From positions 1 through 27,254 of the forward strand of contig JBDRNJ010000086.1 in NCBI GenBank assembly GCA_043811375.1: DNA of 27,254 nt. Reading direction: 5' to 3'. The notes under the pieces were generated by a model that saw nothing but the letters and a program-made list of their open reading frames with translations, had not been told where the DNA came from and did not search any database. This stretch comes from a bacterium. Its GTDB lineage: Bacteria > Zixibacteria > MSB-5A5 > GN15 > FEB-12. Each line of letters begins with the position of its first letter. The stretch's first letter is position 1. Positions 1-9,493 of this stretch are shown here, piece after piece. The translations under genes and the position numbers were made by a program.

Positions 1-3000
1 GGTATAATTATCACGGTCAACATCAATCGTGACGATGTCGTACATGTCAGCCGAATCAGTTTCGGTCACGACGTACTCCACATCACAGGCGTCACCGATC
101 CCGTCAATATCGGTGTCCTCCTGTCCGGGATTGTAAACGTATGGACAGTTGTCAAGTGTGTCATTGACACCGTCACCGTCGTAATCACCGGAGAGATTGA
201 GTAATATCATTACGTTTCCATTGCCATCCGATATTGCCAGGTCAAGGTTGCCGTTTCCATCAAGATCGGCTGCAGTAATATGATTCGGATAAACACCCAC
301 CGTCATACTAATCGTATCGTAAAAAGTGCCGTTGCCATAGTTAAAGAACACTTCCAGACCGTCAGCCTGATCAGTAAGAGCAGCCAGATCGAGAGCTCCG
401 TCACCATTGAGATCAGTCGCTGCCAGTGACTGGCCACTGTCCGCAGATAGGGGGTAGTCAGTTCTATCTCCCAAGAGGCCGTCACCATTACCGAACAGCA
501 CTGAAATGCTGCTGCTACCACCCATAAAATCAGTAAAGCTAACAGTAGCTACATCCACATTACCGTCACGATCAAAGTCGCCGCTGACCAGTTCCATGGG
601 ATGAGATCCGACCCCGTACAACGTATCCATGTCAGCCAATGGATCGATCATGCTGTCCCGTCCAAGGAACAGACCAATTATACTGTCCCCAAAGCTGATC
701 GCAGCCAAATCCATCAAGCCGTCATTATTGAAGTCAGCTCCTTCCAGATCGTAAGGACCGTCTATGAAAAGATAATAAGAACTTTCGGTAAAACCGCCGA
801 GTGTTGTGTTGAGCAATAGTCTTATAGAATCCATAGGACTACTGGTTACATTAAGACCTACCGCCAAGTCAATAAAAGCATCACCGTTGAAATCACATGC
901 TACCAACGACGCAACCGGGGCGCCAAGCATCATAACTGTATCGAGGCTGAAATTAAAGGATCCTGTACCGAGTAGTATTGAGACTTCATGGGATTGAGTG
1001 CCAATAGCCAGGTCCGGAATGGCATCGTTATTGAAGTCACCCATCGCCAGCGTAGTAGGGCTTTCCGATCCGACATACACCTGATTGGCAATTGCGAAGT
1101 TTCCGCCGCCAACGTTCTCAATGAGCGTGATCGAATCCATCACGTAGTCGATAGTGGCCAGATCGATATCCTGGTCACCGTCGAAGTCAGCGGAAAGAAT
1201 CTCTGAAGCGCTGGTACCAGCTTCCATCACAGTATCTAATGTGAAATTACCGCTACCACCATTGACCTCTACCGTAAATGTCCAGGTGTAACCGGCGGAC
1301 AGAGCGATCCCCTCGCTCGACTGTACGCCCCGCATTACCACCGCTGTCACCACTTCTCCCGGCGCGAAAGGATCATCGGGAACTAGGGAAACGGAGCGTG
1401 CACCCGGACTGTAACTAACCGTGCCGGCATGACGACCCGACTGGCTGCCGTAGACGACAAATGTGCTGTCATCGAAATGGCCGGGGTTCATGTCGGTGTT
1501 GAACGCCGCCGAGACGATAGTATTGACCGGGGCTGCCACTTCGTTGGCGTCAGGCGTGACGGCAATTACTTCCGGGACGGCGATATTGCGCATCACAATG
1601 ATCTTGCTGATGTCACAAATGGCCATATCCAAGTCATCGTCGCCGTCAAGATCAGCCATGACCGCATTAGGGTAACCGCCGCTGACGATGTCGCTACTGA
1701 TCGCCGTGGTGACAAACGAACCGAATCCGTTATTCTTCATAACCGACACATTCAGATTCCCGCCGGACTCGACGACGGTGCTGATATCGATGTCACCATC
1801 CCCGTCAACATCGTCCACTAATACTGGCCAGAAACCACCCCAGCCGCCCCGCCAGAAGTCTGTTCGCGACCCTAACTGACCGGTACCGTCGCCCAGCAGG
1901 ACTGAGACACTGTCTCCCCCGCAAAACACAGCCACATCGGCGTTTCCATCGCCGTTGAAGTCAGAGGCGGCGATTGTGTATGGGGTAGTGCCAGTACTGA
2001 ACGTGTCGACATCGGCGACAAAGGTGCCATCACCGTTGCCGGCCAACAGATAGATAATGTTATGGCCGTTTATGATACCGGTAATCAGGTCCATAGCGCC
2101 GTCGTTATTGAAGTCGGCAACGGCCAGCTTGTTGGACTGATATGGCCAGAGATTGTAAATGCTGTCGGTCGTAAACTGGCCGGTGCCATCGTTTAGCATG
2201 ATGATGACCTTCGAATTCTGGTCCGATACGGCGATGTCCGCAACGGCGTCACCGTCGAAATCGCAGACCAGTATGTCCTGCGGTTCACCACCGACAGGAT
2301 ACATGCTGTCGACCGAGAAGTTGCCGGCTCCATCGCCGAGCAGTATGGCCACTTCCTCGGGTCCGGTGTTGCCGCTGGCGATGTCGACCATCAGATCACC
2401 ATCGAAATCAGCGGTGGCGATGCAGACGGGAGTAGCCCCCCCGGCCGGCCAGGCGCCCAGGAGTGACAGTTCACCGAGCCCGTCATTTTCCAGAACGAAC
2501 AGCGAGTCCTCACTCATTCCCGCGGCCACCAGGTCGATACTGAAGGTGTCCTTGATATCGAGAGCCAGTATGTCACTAACCTGGTTCCAGGTTGGGTGGG
2601 AGTAGACAGAGTCAAGCTGGAAATACCCGCCCCCAAAGGCAGGTACCTCGGTAGTAAAGGACCAGACGTAGCCCTGTGACATGGGCAGTCCCTCCAGGGA
2701 CTGGCAAGTCTTGCTGATAACAGCGGTGACCTTTTCGCCCGGCCGGAATTCCGTATCCGGTGTCAGTGTGACGCCTCGAGAAGCAGTATCGTATGTAATT
2801 GCCCCCGGATGCGGTCCGCTCTGGCTTCCCCAGACAACAAAGCCGCCGAAGCTAAAGCTCCCGGAGTCCATGTCCACATTGAATTCGGCAGAAATCGACG
2901 TGCTGACCGGCACCGCCACTGCGTTAGCGTTAGGTGCGGTGGCGACCACCGCTGGCGGAATAGTATTCAGGCCCACAAAGGTCGGTATGATGGTCTTTAG

Positions 3001-4980
3001 TCCATTATCGTACTGGGAGAAAATCACAATATTGCTGGGATCAAATGTAGTGGTGTCAATCAGAATGTACTGCGTTTTCGATTGGTCAGGTGTCAGCGTG
3101 AACCAAGCTGAGGCAATCAGCCCGCTGTCGGGAGTAGTCACCGCCGAGGTGAAACGACCTATCCCCACCACAGCCTTGTTTGAATCGACAGCCGAAAACT
3201 TCCAGTCGGCTGTCGCGTATAGGGAGTTGACGAAACTGATTGAGTCACATATCAGAGCCGATGTAGAGCAGGAAAAAGAAAAGGGGAGCGATAATCCCGG
3301 GATCGTGTCAGCAGCATTGATGAATATGTCGACTCTGGCAGTAGAACTCCCAGGTAACACTGCAGTATTTCTAAATGACACCGTATCAGCGCTGGAAATG
3401 GGCAGCACCGAGTCCGGGTGTGGCGGGCAGTACGGCGCTGACGCAATCCGAAAGATATATTCGCTAAGATACTGCGCATCATGGTTGTTGACACCGAAGA
3501 TGCTGTCGACATCACCAGCCTCTATGAATGGCATGGGTGCTGATCCGCCCTGGTACAGGTAGTTAATAATGTAGATTATATCTATTATTTCAACCATTCC
3601 GGAGTAGTCCGCATCCCCGCAAATGATCTCTCCGTACTTGATAGTGACATAATCTGCCCCCGAGCCTGTATTGCGTGCCAGGCCGGTCACGACCACCGAG
3701 CCGTTCTTGGCCCGGGCGATATCGTTGCCGACATCGTCACCACTGACAGAGCCGTCATAGAGCTCAACCCACAATGAATCACCATTTGAGGCATCATACT
3801 GAATCGTAGTAATATCCAGGTCTCCCATAGCGCTACCGCTGTAGCCGGTTACCCAGACAACAAAGCCATCGGTGCACAAGGCAGTGCCCTGATCATGGGC
3901 GTCACCACTGCCGGCATACGTCCTTTCCCAAATGGGTGCGGCGCCAGAAGAGTCCATCTTGGTAACAAAGATGTCCTGGCCGGTAACAGCGCCCGTAGCA
4001 TAACCGGTTACGTAGATATACCCGAAACCATCTACAACCACATCCAGACCCATGTCTTCACCATTGGCCGCACCATCCTGTTGCTGCGCCCAGGCAAATG
4101 TTCCACCCGGATAGTACTTAACTGTGTAGACTTCGTAGTCATAGGTAGCTGACCAGTATCCTCCGGTCACAAACACATAGCCGCTGTCATCAACCGCTAT
4201 AGCCTTGGCGTAATCATTGCCGGAACTCCCCTCGCGTCTGACCCAGGCTGTGTCACCATTGGGCTTATATTTGATGGTAACGTAGTCCAGGAGTGAACCA
4301 CTTCCAAAACTCTCGCCGGTGACATATACGTTACCGCTGTCATCCACGGTCAGGTCGTTTACTCGATCCACCCCGCCACCGGGACCGGCGTAAGTCTTGG
4401 CCCACAGCTCATTGCCGGCAGTGTCGTATTTGATTGTCAGGAAATCATCATTAGTGAGGGTAGCCTCGGTGTAACCGGCGACATAGACGTTTCCGGAAGT
4501 ATCAATTGCTATCCTACGGGTAACGTCGGCTCCTCCCGCGACGGGCGACTCATTGTAAGATGCCGTCCAGACCACTGACCCATCGTGATCGTACTTGACC
4601 GTATATGACCCCAGACCGGGCGTTACGCCGAAAAGGACACCTGTCACGTAGACGTTGCCCGAATCATCAACCACCAGGTCATAGGCGTAATCACCCAGTG
4701 TGAAGCCTATTCTGCTTGACCACAGTGGTTCTCCGGTAACGGAAAGCGATCTGGTCAGCCAGTCGTCTAACCTGGCTCCACTCCAGTATACTGATCCAGT
4801 GATGTAAACACCACCGGCAGTGTCTACTGCGACAGCCATGGCGGAATCATCGCTGTTTCCCGGACCATTGAAGGTCCTTATCCACAGCGGATGGACACTC
4901 TGACCGAACGCCGAAACGGCGCCAAACAGGACCAGTGTTGAAAGACATAAAATCAGTGATTTCGTTAGCTGTCGACTCAT
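1..4980 (-). CDS. Giant secreted multidomain surface protein (3'-truncated by window edge, >=1660 aa): signal peptide, 8 SBBP repeats, dockerin-like, cohesin-like, Ig-like (Big_5), 7 FG-GAP, Big_5, 7 FG-GAP, TSP3 repeat, further FG-GAP
   Basis: Hand-translated: ATG at 4980 behind GAAGGAAGGA, no in-frame stop down to base 1. N-terminus MSRQLTKSLILCLSTLVLFGAVSAFGQ. Repeats such as LVVDDSGNVYVTG. Dockerin CGDADYSGMVEIIDIIYIINYLYQGGSAP (~3427-3621). Ig modules ending GYVWSFTT and GYTWTFTV. DFNGDGxxDL repeats. TSP3 DGDGVNDTLDNCPYVYNPGQEDTDIDGIGDACD near 85-190. Confidence 0.93.
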   Translation of the reverse strand, partial: MSRQLTKSLILCLSTLVLFGAVSAFGQSVHPLWIRTFNGPGNSDDSAMAVAVDTAGGVYITGSVYWSGARLDDWLTRSLSVTGEPLWSSRIGFTLGDYAYDLVVDDSGNVYVTGVLFGVTPGLGSYTVKYDHDGSVVWTASYNESPVAGGADVTRRIAIDTSGNVYVAGYTEATLTNDDFLTIKYDTAGNELWAKTYAGPGGGVDRVNDLTVDDSGNVYVTGESFGSGSLLDYVTIKYKPNGDTAWVRREGSSGNDYAKAIAVDDSGYVFVTGGYWSATYDYEVYTVKYYPGGTFAWAQQQDGAANGEDMGLDVVVDGFGYIYVTGYATGAVTGQDIFVTKMDSSGAAPIWERTYAGSGDAHDQGTALCTDGFVVWVTGYSGSAMGDLDITTIQYDASNGDSLWVELYDGSVSGDDVGNDIARAKNGSVVVTGLARNTGSGADYVTIKYGEIICGDADYSGMVEIIDIIYIINYLYQGGSAPMPFIEAGDVDSIFGVNNHDAQYLSEYIFRIASAPYCPPHPDSVLPISSADTVSFRNTAVLPGSSTARVDIFINAADTIPGLSLPFSFSCSTSALICDSISFVNSLYATADWKFSAVDSNKAVVGIGRFTSAVTTPDSGLIASAWFTLTPDQSKTQYILIDTTTFDPSNIVIFSQYDNGLKTIIPTFVGLNTIPPAVVATAPNANAVAVPVSTSISAEFNVDMDSGSFSFGGFVVWGSQSGPHPGAITYDTASRGVTLTPDTEFRPGEKVTAVISKTCQSLEGLPMSQGYVWSFTTEVPAFGGGYFQLDSVYSHPTWNQVSDILALDIKDTFSIDLVAAGMSEDSLFVLENDGLGELSLLGAWPAGGATPVCIATADFDGDLMVDIASGNTGPEEVAILLGDGAGNFSVDSMYPVGGEPQDILVCDFDGDAVADIAVSDQNSKVIIMLNDGTGQFTTDSIYNLWPYQSNKLAVADFNNDGAMDLITGIINGHNIIYLLAGNGDGTFVADVDTFSTGTTPYTIAASDFNGDGNADVAVFCGGDSVSVLLGDGTGQLGSRTDFWRGGWGGFWPVLVDDVDGDGDIDISTVVESGGNLNVSVMKNNGFGSFVTTAISSDIVSGGYPNAVMADLDGDDDLDMAICDISKIIVMRNIAVPEVIAVTPDANEVAAPVNTIVSAAFNTDMNPGHFDDSTFVVYGSQSGRHAGTVSYSPGARSVSLVPDDPFAPGEVVTAVVMRGVQSSEGIALSAGYTWTFTVEVNGGSGNFTLDTVMEAGTSASEILSADFDGDQDIDLATIDYVMDSITLIENVGGGNFAIANQVYVGSESPTTLAMGDFNNDAIPDLAIGTQSHEVSILLGTGSFNFSLDTVMMLGAPVASLVACDFNGDAFIDLAVGLNVTSSPMDSIRLLLNTTLGGFTESSYYLFIDGPYDLEGADFNNDGLMDLAAISFGDSIIGLFLGRDSMIDPLADMDTLYGVGSHPMELVSGDFDRDGNVDVATVSFTDFMGGSSSISVLFGNGDGLLGDRTDYPLSADSGQSLAATDLNGDGALDLAALTDQADGLEVFFNYGNGTFYDTISMTVGVYPNHITAADLDGNGNLDLAISDGNGNVMILLNLSGDYDGDGVNDTLDNCPYVYNPGQEDTDIDGIGDACDVEYVVTETDSADMYDIVTIDVDRDNYT

Positions 4981-5092
4981 AGTGTTGTCCTTCCTTCAGA
5001 GACTGATAGATCAATTGTTGATCTTATGATTCAAAGGCAGTACCAGTATACCCTGGTCGATCTCTTGGAGATCTAAGACCTGGATATTCAAT

Positions 5093-5120
5093 AATATAGT
5101 AGATCGGCAGATTTAGTCAA
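5093..5120 (-). promoter_or_regulatory. Putative sigma70 promoter for the giant surface protein gene
   Basis: TTGACT-16 bp-TATATT on the minus strand, about 110 bp upstream of the ATG at 4980. Confidence 0.5.
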
Positions 5121-5153
5121 TTAAAAAAGGGGAGAGGGGCATAACGAAAGACT

Positions 5154-7538
5154 CTACAGATTGGATAACAGAGGATCCAGACCGACTTCTTGTTCCGTCG
5201 GTCCATCGTGGTGCTCATAAGACTCCTGCAAACAGACTCGTGCTCTCTCGTTGTCACCGAGGATGGCATATGCCCGGGCCATGCAATAATGGACTTCGCC
5301 ACTGTGAATCTCACCGGCTGCTACTTGCTGTAAGTTGCTAATAGCTTCATCCTTGTCTCCGAGGCCTGCGAGTGCCATAGCCCGGTGCACCAGCAAATTG
5401 GTATTCGTTTCCCCGTTGACACTTTGCAGGTCAATGGACTCCAGACACTGATCGAAAAACACCCTGGCTTGTTGCTCGTTCCCTTCATGTTTCTCCAGGA
5501 ACCCCAGATAAAACATGGCGATGAACGGGAAATGCCCGGCCTCAATAGCATCCCTGAAACTGGATCGAGCCGAATCATAATCCTTCAGTATCATGTGCAC
5601 ATAACCGGCATAATGTCTGGCATTGGGGTCACCGTCGTATTTAACCGCCTGCTGGAAGTTCTCCAGAGCCTGCTCTACCACACCCAGTTTGAGATAGACT
5701 GCTCCCAGGTTGTAGTAGGCCCGTCCGTAGTCCGGCCCCAACTCGATAGCTCTATGCAAGGTCGCTATGGCTACCGTGAGCTTGCGTGAATCCATATGAA
5801 TCAGGCTGATCAGTAATAGCGTCTCCAGGTCGGTGGGAGCCAGTTGTAGCGCTTTTTTAGCCCATGTCAATCCTTCACTGAGATTTCCCTCGGTTGCTTT
5901 CAGCCAGGCGATCGTTCGATAGCCCACGGCATACTTGGGATTATACTCGACCGCCTTAAGGAAAGCCGCCTCGGCCCGCTCACTGTCACCGGTAAACATG
6001 TAGAAACGTCCCAGCGAACGATGTGCCTCCGGCATTTGCGGTTCCATCTCCAGAGCCTTCTCGGCCTCCTCCCGAGCAGCGGCAATGCAATTGGAACTGC
6101 GATCATAGTAGGCCATGTACCGGAAAGCATAGACGTCCGATAACCCAGTGTGAGCCAGAGCGAATGATGGATCAATGTCCAATGCCTTGCCATACATTTC
6201 TTCAGCGAACTTAAGATCATCAGGACGATTGAACTGATAATAGTCGCGTCCCCGCAGGTAGAAGTCGTACGCTGAGACATCCGGAGCTACCATTTCTTCA
6301 GCTTCGATAGCGGCCGTGCCGGTTGCTTCAGCCAGAGCACCGGCAGCATCCTCGGCAGCCTTTGACAGCAGGGCAAACAAATCATCGGCTGATCCCTCAT
6401 ACTTGCGACTGGATACTACCTCCTCGCCACCGCCACCATATATGCCCAGTTGCAGGCGCATCCGCTCCTGCCACTTCATGAGCGACCCCGTCATGACGAA
6501 ATCAGAATGGCAGCGCTTGAATATCTCGTTGATATTGCGCGGTAGCGACGTCGACGGTTCCGCCGACACTACCAGGTCGGTACGGCGGTTCAACTCTCCA
6601 ATGACATCGTCAGTGAATCCCAGGCAGAAGTAATCCCATGATTTGTCACCGGAGAGGTTCTTCAGGTCAACCACCGTAACCGTTCGGCTCCTTCGGGATA
6701 TTCCCACCGCCATCAGTCCCGGCTGATCCGAAACCAGGTTGCGATCGATTGCTTCAATCACTTCGGTCATTGATGGCGGACGATCTTCGGCCTGCTTCTG
6801 CAACAGGTGGACAATCAGATCACACAACCACTCCGGCAGATCGGGATCAATCTCCTGAGGACCTACCGGGTCTTCATACAACAGAGCGTACATAACACTT
6901 GCCGTCTGATCCCCCTCGAACGGACGCCGGCCGGTGAACAACTCATACAGAACAATACCAAAGCTGAACAGGTCCGAGGAGTAACTGATCGGCTCAGCCG
7001 AGAGTTGTTCCGGTGACGCATAGGCGATAGTACCCTCGATCTCGCCGTAACTGTCGACAGAGTGACCGTGCTGAGTCGAGGCCAGACCAAAATCAAGAAT
7101 CTTGGGGTCGCCGTCAGTCGTAATACGGATGTTCTCGGGCTTCAGATCGCGGTGGATGACATCGCGAGCATGAGCGGCCTGAAGACCGGTACCGACCTTG
7201 CGGGCCAGACTCAATTTCTGCTCAACAGTCAGGTTATTACTCGCCTGCCTGAACTCTTCGCCCGTCACGAATTCATACGATATGAACGGACTATCGTCTA
7301 TCTCGGCATACTCCCAGACCTTGACGACGTATGGTGAGTCTATCTGAGCAGCTTTCTTGGCCTCATTGGCCAGTGAGCTACGGAAGTCGGCCGAGTCGGC
7401 CAGTTCTTCATTTATGACCTTAAGAGCTACCTGACGATCAAGCCGGGTGTCTATCGCCTTGTAGACCGTCCCCTGCGTACCCTGTCCCACGCATGAGAGC
7501 ACGTGGTATTGCCCGAAATGTGATCCGGGTGTCAACAC
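5154..7538 (-). CDS. Hanks-type Ser/Thr protein kinase with TolB-N-like middle domain and C-terminal TPR repeats
   Basis: Kinase motifs GQGTQGTVY, VALK, HRDLKPEN, DFG, GTIAYASPE, SDLFSFG. Middle segment VVDLKNLSGDKSWDYFCLGFTDD. TPRs such as ALDIDPSFALAHTGL and AYYNLGAVYLKLG. GTG start. Confidence 0.93.
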   Translation of the reverse strand: MLTPGSHFGQYHVLSCVGQGTQGTVYKAIDTRLDRQVALKVINEELADSADFRSSLANEAKKAAQIDSPYVVKVWEYAEIDDSPFISYEFVTGEEFRQASNNLTVEQKLSLARKVGTGLQAAHARDVIHRDLKPENIRITTDGDPKILDFGLASTQHGHSVDSYGEIEGTIAYASPEQLSAEPISYSSDLFSFGIVLYELFTGRRPFEGDQTASVMYALLYEDPVGPQEIDPDLPEWLCDLIVHLLQKQAEDRPPSMTEVIEAIDRNLVSDQPGLMAVGISRRSRTVTVVDLKNLSGDKSWDYFCLGFTDDVIGELNRRTDLVVSAEPSTSLPRNINEIFKRCHSDFVMTGSLMKWQERMRLQLGIYGGGGEEVVSSRKYEGSADDLFALLSKAAEDAAGALAEATGTAAIEAEEMVAPDVSAYDFYLRGRDYYQFNRPDDLKFAEEMYGKALDIDPSFALAHTGLSDVYAFRYMAYYDRSSNCIAAAREEAEKALEMEPQMPEAHRSLGRFYMFTGDSERAEAAFLKAVEYNPKYAVGYRTIAWLKATEGNLSEGLTWAKKALQLAPTDLETLLLISLIHMDSRKLTVAIATLHRAIELGPDYGRAYYNLGAVYLKLGVVEQALENFQQAVKYDGDPNARHYAGYVHMILKDYDSARSSFRDAIEAGHFPFIAMFYLGFLEKHEGNEQQARVFFDQCLESIDLQSVNGETNTNLLVHRAMALAGLGDKDEAISNLQQVAAGEIHSGEVHYCMARAYAILGDNERARVCLQESYEHHDGPTEQEVGLDPLLSNL

Positions 7539-7588
7539 TGCCGGCAGTTACCTTCCTGTCGACGGTATTCAGACCTCATCGATAAGCC

Positions 7589-7617
7589 TTGACCCTGGTA
7601 CTGACAATGCATATAAT
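7589..7617 (+). promoter_or_regulatory. sigma70 promoter for the GAF-PP2C gene
   Basis: TTGACC-17 bp-TATAAT, near consensus, 43 bp before the GTG at 7660. Confidence 0.7.
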
Positions 7618-7659
7618 AGTAAAACACAAACCAGTAGTTTCAAACCAACCGAGGGTATT

Positions 7660-8955
7660 GTGACCGAAGAACAGCTTTCTGAACTTGAACGATTGCGCTC
7701 CGCTGTTGCTGAACTTACCAGCCTGAACGAAATCGCAGGCAACATCAGCGCTTCCATGTCGGTGGAAAACATAACTGAAACCATAATCGACAGAAGTCTC
7801 AAACATATCGGTGCCAGTCAGGGAGCCGTCTTTCTCCTCAGCCGAGAACGAAGCAGTTCGGACCAGTTAAAGACATTTATCCGCAGGACCACCGGAACCC
7901 AGCGAGAAATGCCCATTCACCTCAACATGAATCTAACCGGGTGGATGATAAAACACAAGGAACTTCTCGTAATCAACTCACCCGCAACCGAAAATCCCTT
8001 CACGCGACTTGATCTGGAATCGCTGGGCATTAACTCCCTCCTGGCCGCGCCGCTGTTGACTCGCAACGGACTGATAGGTGTCTTGGCCATCTTCAACAAA
8101 GAGGGAGATCAGGGCTTTACCAGCCAGGATTGCCGGTTCCTTCAAATACTTGGCTCGCAGTGTTCACAGGTAATCGAAGCGGCTCGCCTGTATGACGAAG
8201 AAAAGAGGCTCATGATCCTGCGCGAAGAGCTGGAGATTGCACGTTCCATTCAGCAAAGCCTGCTGCCGGTACCGACTGAGGTGGGTGACGAGACAATCAT
8301 ATTCGGCTTCAACAGCCCGGCCCGTGAGGTGGGCGGTGATTTTTATGACATGGTGCTTCTCGACGATGATACGTTTTTCCTGTCGGTTGGTGACGTGGTC
8401 GGCAAGGGTGTGCCGGCGGCTTTGCTTATGTCCAACGCCCTGGCGGTGGAACGGTCGCACTTGAGCAATCAACAGACCTTCTCGGTGGCTTCGATGGCGA
8501 CCAACTTAAACCAGCTCATATTCCAATTCACTAAACCGGGTCAGTTCATAACCGCTTACTTTGGTATCCTCGACCGTCGCCGCGGCCGCCTTGAATATGT
8601 TAATGCCGGACACCCACCACCGGTGATTGCCAACGATGGCCAACTGGTGCCGTGTGATCACCATGCTGACGTCGTGCTGGGTGTACTGGACGGTTTTCAA
8701 TATCAATCGGCCACACTCCAACTCCCGCCTGACTCGACAATCTGTATCTTCTCCGATGGTGTTACCGAGGCGTTTAATGAAGCCGGCGAGGAGTTTGGCG
8801 AGCGGCGACTGATAAGTTATATAAGAAAGGCCGGTTCTGAGTCGGCCCGGACGATTTGTGACGGGCTCCTGGATGATCTGAAGCAGTTTCGTGGTGACGC
8901 CGAACAGTCCGACGACATCACTGCCGTCGTCATCAGGACGAACCCGGAATCTTAG
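7660..8955 (+). CDS. GAF domain + SpoIIE/PP2C (RsbU-like) protein phosphatase
   Basis: GAF segment SLLAAPLLTRNGLIGVLAIFNK. Linker ELEIARSIQQSLLP. PP2C motifs GGDFYD, VGDVVGKG, NAGH, FSDG, DDIT all intact. Confidence 0.93.
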   Translation: MTEEQLSELERLRSAVAELTSLNEIAGNISASMSVENITETIIDRSLKHIGASQGAVFLLSRERSSSDQLKTFIRRTTGTQREMPIHLNMNLTGWMIKHKELLVINSPATENPFTRLDLESLGINSLLAAPLLTRNGLIGVLAIFNKEGDQGFTSQDCRFLQILGSQCSQVIEAARLYDEEKRLMILREELEIARSIQQSLLPVPTEVGDETIIFGFNSPAREVGGDFYDMVLLDDDTFFLSVGDVVGKGVPAALLMSNALAVERSHLSNQQTFSVASMATNLNQLIFQFTKPGQFITAYFGILDRRRGRLEYVNAGHPPPVIANDGQLVPCDHHADVVLGVLDGFQYQSATLQLPPDSTICIFSDGVTEAFNEAGEEFGERRLISYIRKAGSESARTICDGLLDDLKQFRGDAEQSDDITAVVIRTNPES

Positions 8956-9110
8956 CTCCGGTGAATGGTCCTCCGCTGTAGTCTGAAGCGATAGCCTGAA
9001 ACACACCAGTTATGTCCGGCGATGAAACGGCACACATACCAGATTTTGGTTATCTGAGCTTGAATCGGCTCTGGCGGGTGTGAATTACCGCTTGTGTTGT
9101 ATCAGATAAG

Positions 9111-9293
9111 TTACCATCCAAAAGTCAGCCCTTTTCGGTGGGATACTCCCAGACAGCTATGACATTCGGGACAGAAGTACAGACAACGTTTACCCAGGTC
9201 ACCTTTAAGCTCACGGTACCAAATGCTCAGAATTTCCTTGTTGCAGTGCGGGCACTTAGGAGCAACATCTTCTCGTTTTTCAAACAGGATCAT
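9111..9293 (-). CDS. Small zinc-ribbon protein (60 aa)
   Basis: ATG at 9293 preceded by GAGGT. MILFEKREDVAPKCPHC...YFCPECHSCLGVSHRKG contains two CxxC pairs. Confidence 0.72.
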   Translation of the reverse strand: MILFEKREDVAPKCPHCNKEILSIWYRELKGDLGKRCLYFCPECHSCLGVSHRKGLTFGW

Positions 9294-9397
9294 GTTATCG
9301 ACCTCAATCAAAACAAGGATACTTGATTTACAACTATAGTACCAGCCGGTTGGGGTTGGTATTCATTATAAATTTATAACATGAAGTATGTCTATGT

Positions 9398-9418
9398 CCA
9401 CAAGTGGCCCACAAGTGG
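9398..9418. repeat. Tandem 10-bp quasi-palindromic direct repeat CCACAAGTGG x2
   Basis: ccacaagtgg at 9398-9407 and 9409-9418, between the usher stop codon and the zinc-ribbon gene. Confidence 0.6.
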
Positions 9419-9493
9419 GTTTTTTTACACCGGTTTGAAATACAGCAGAAAATTACAAACCACATCAGGTAAAAGTGGCTTGCCACTGCCACC

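Noticed and set aside
303..4152. Track ORFs within 1-4980, including the 293-aa ORF at 2681-3562 (+)
   Set aside because: Antisense or off-frame shadows of the continuous minus-strand giant ORF, which carries recognisable domains.
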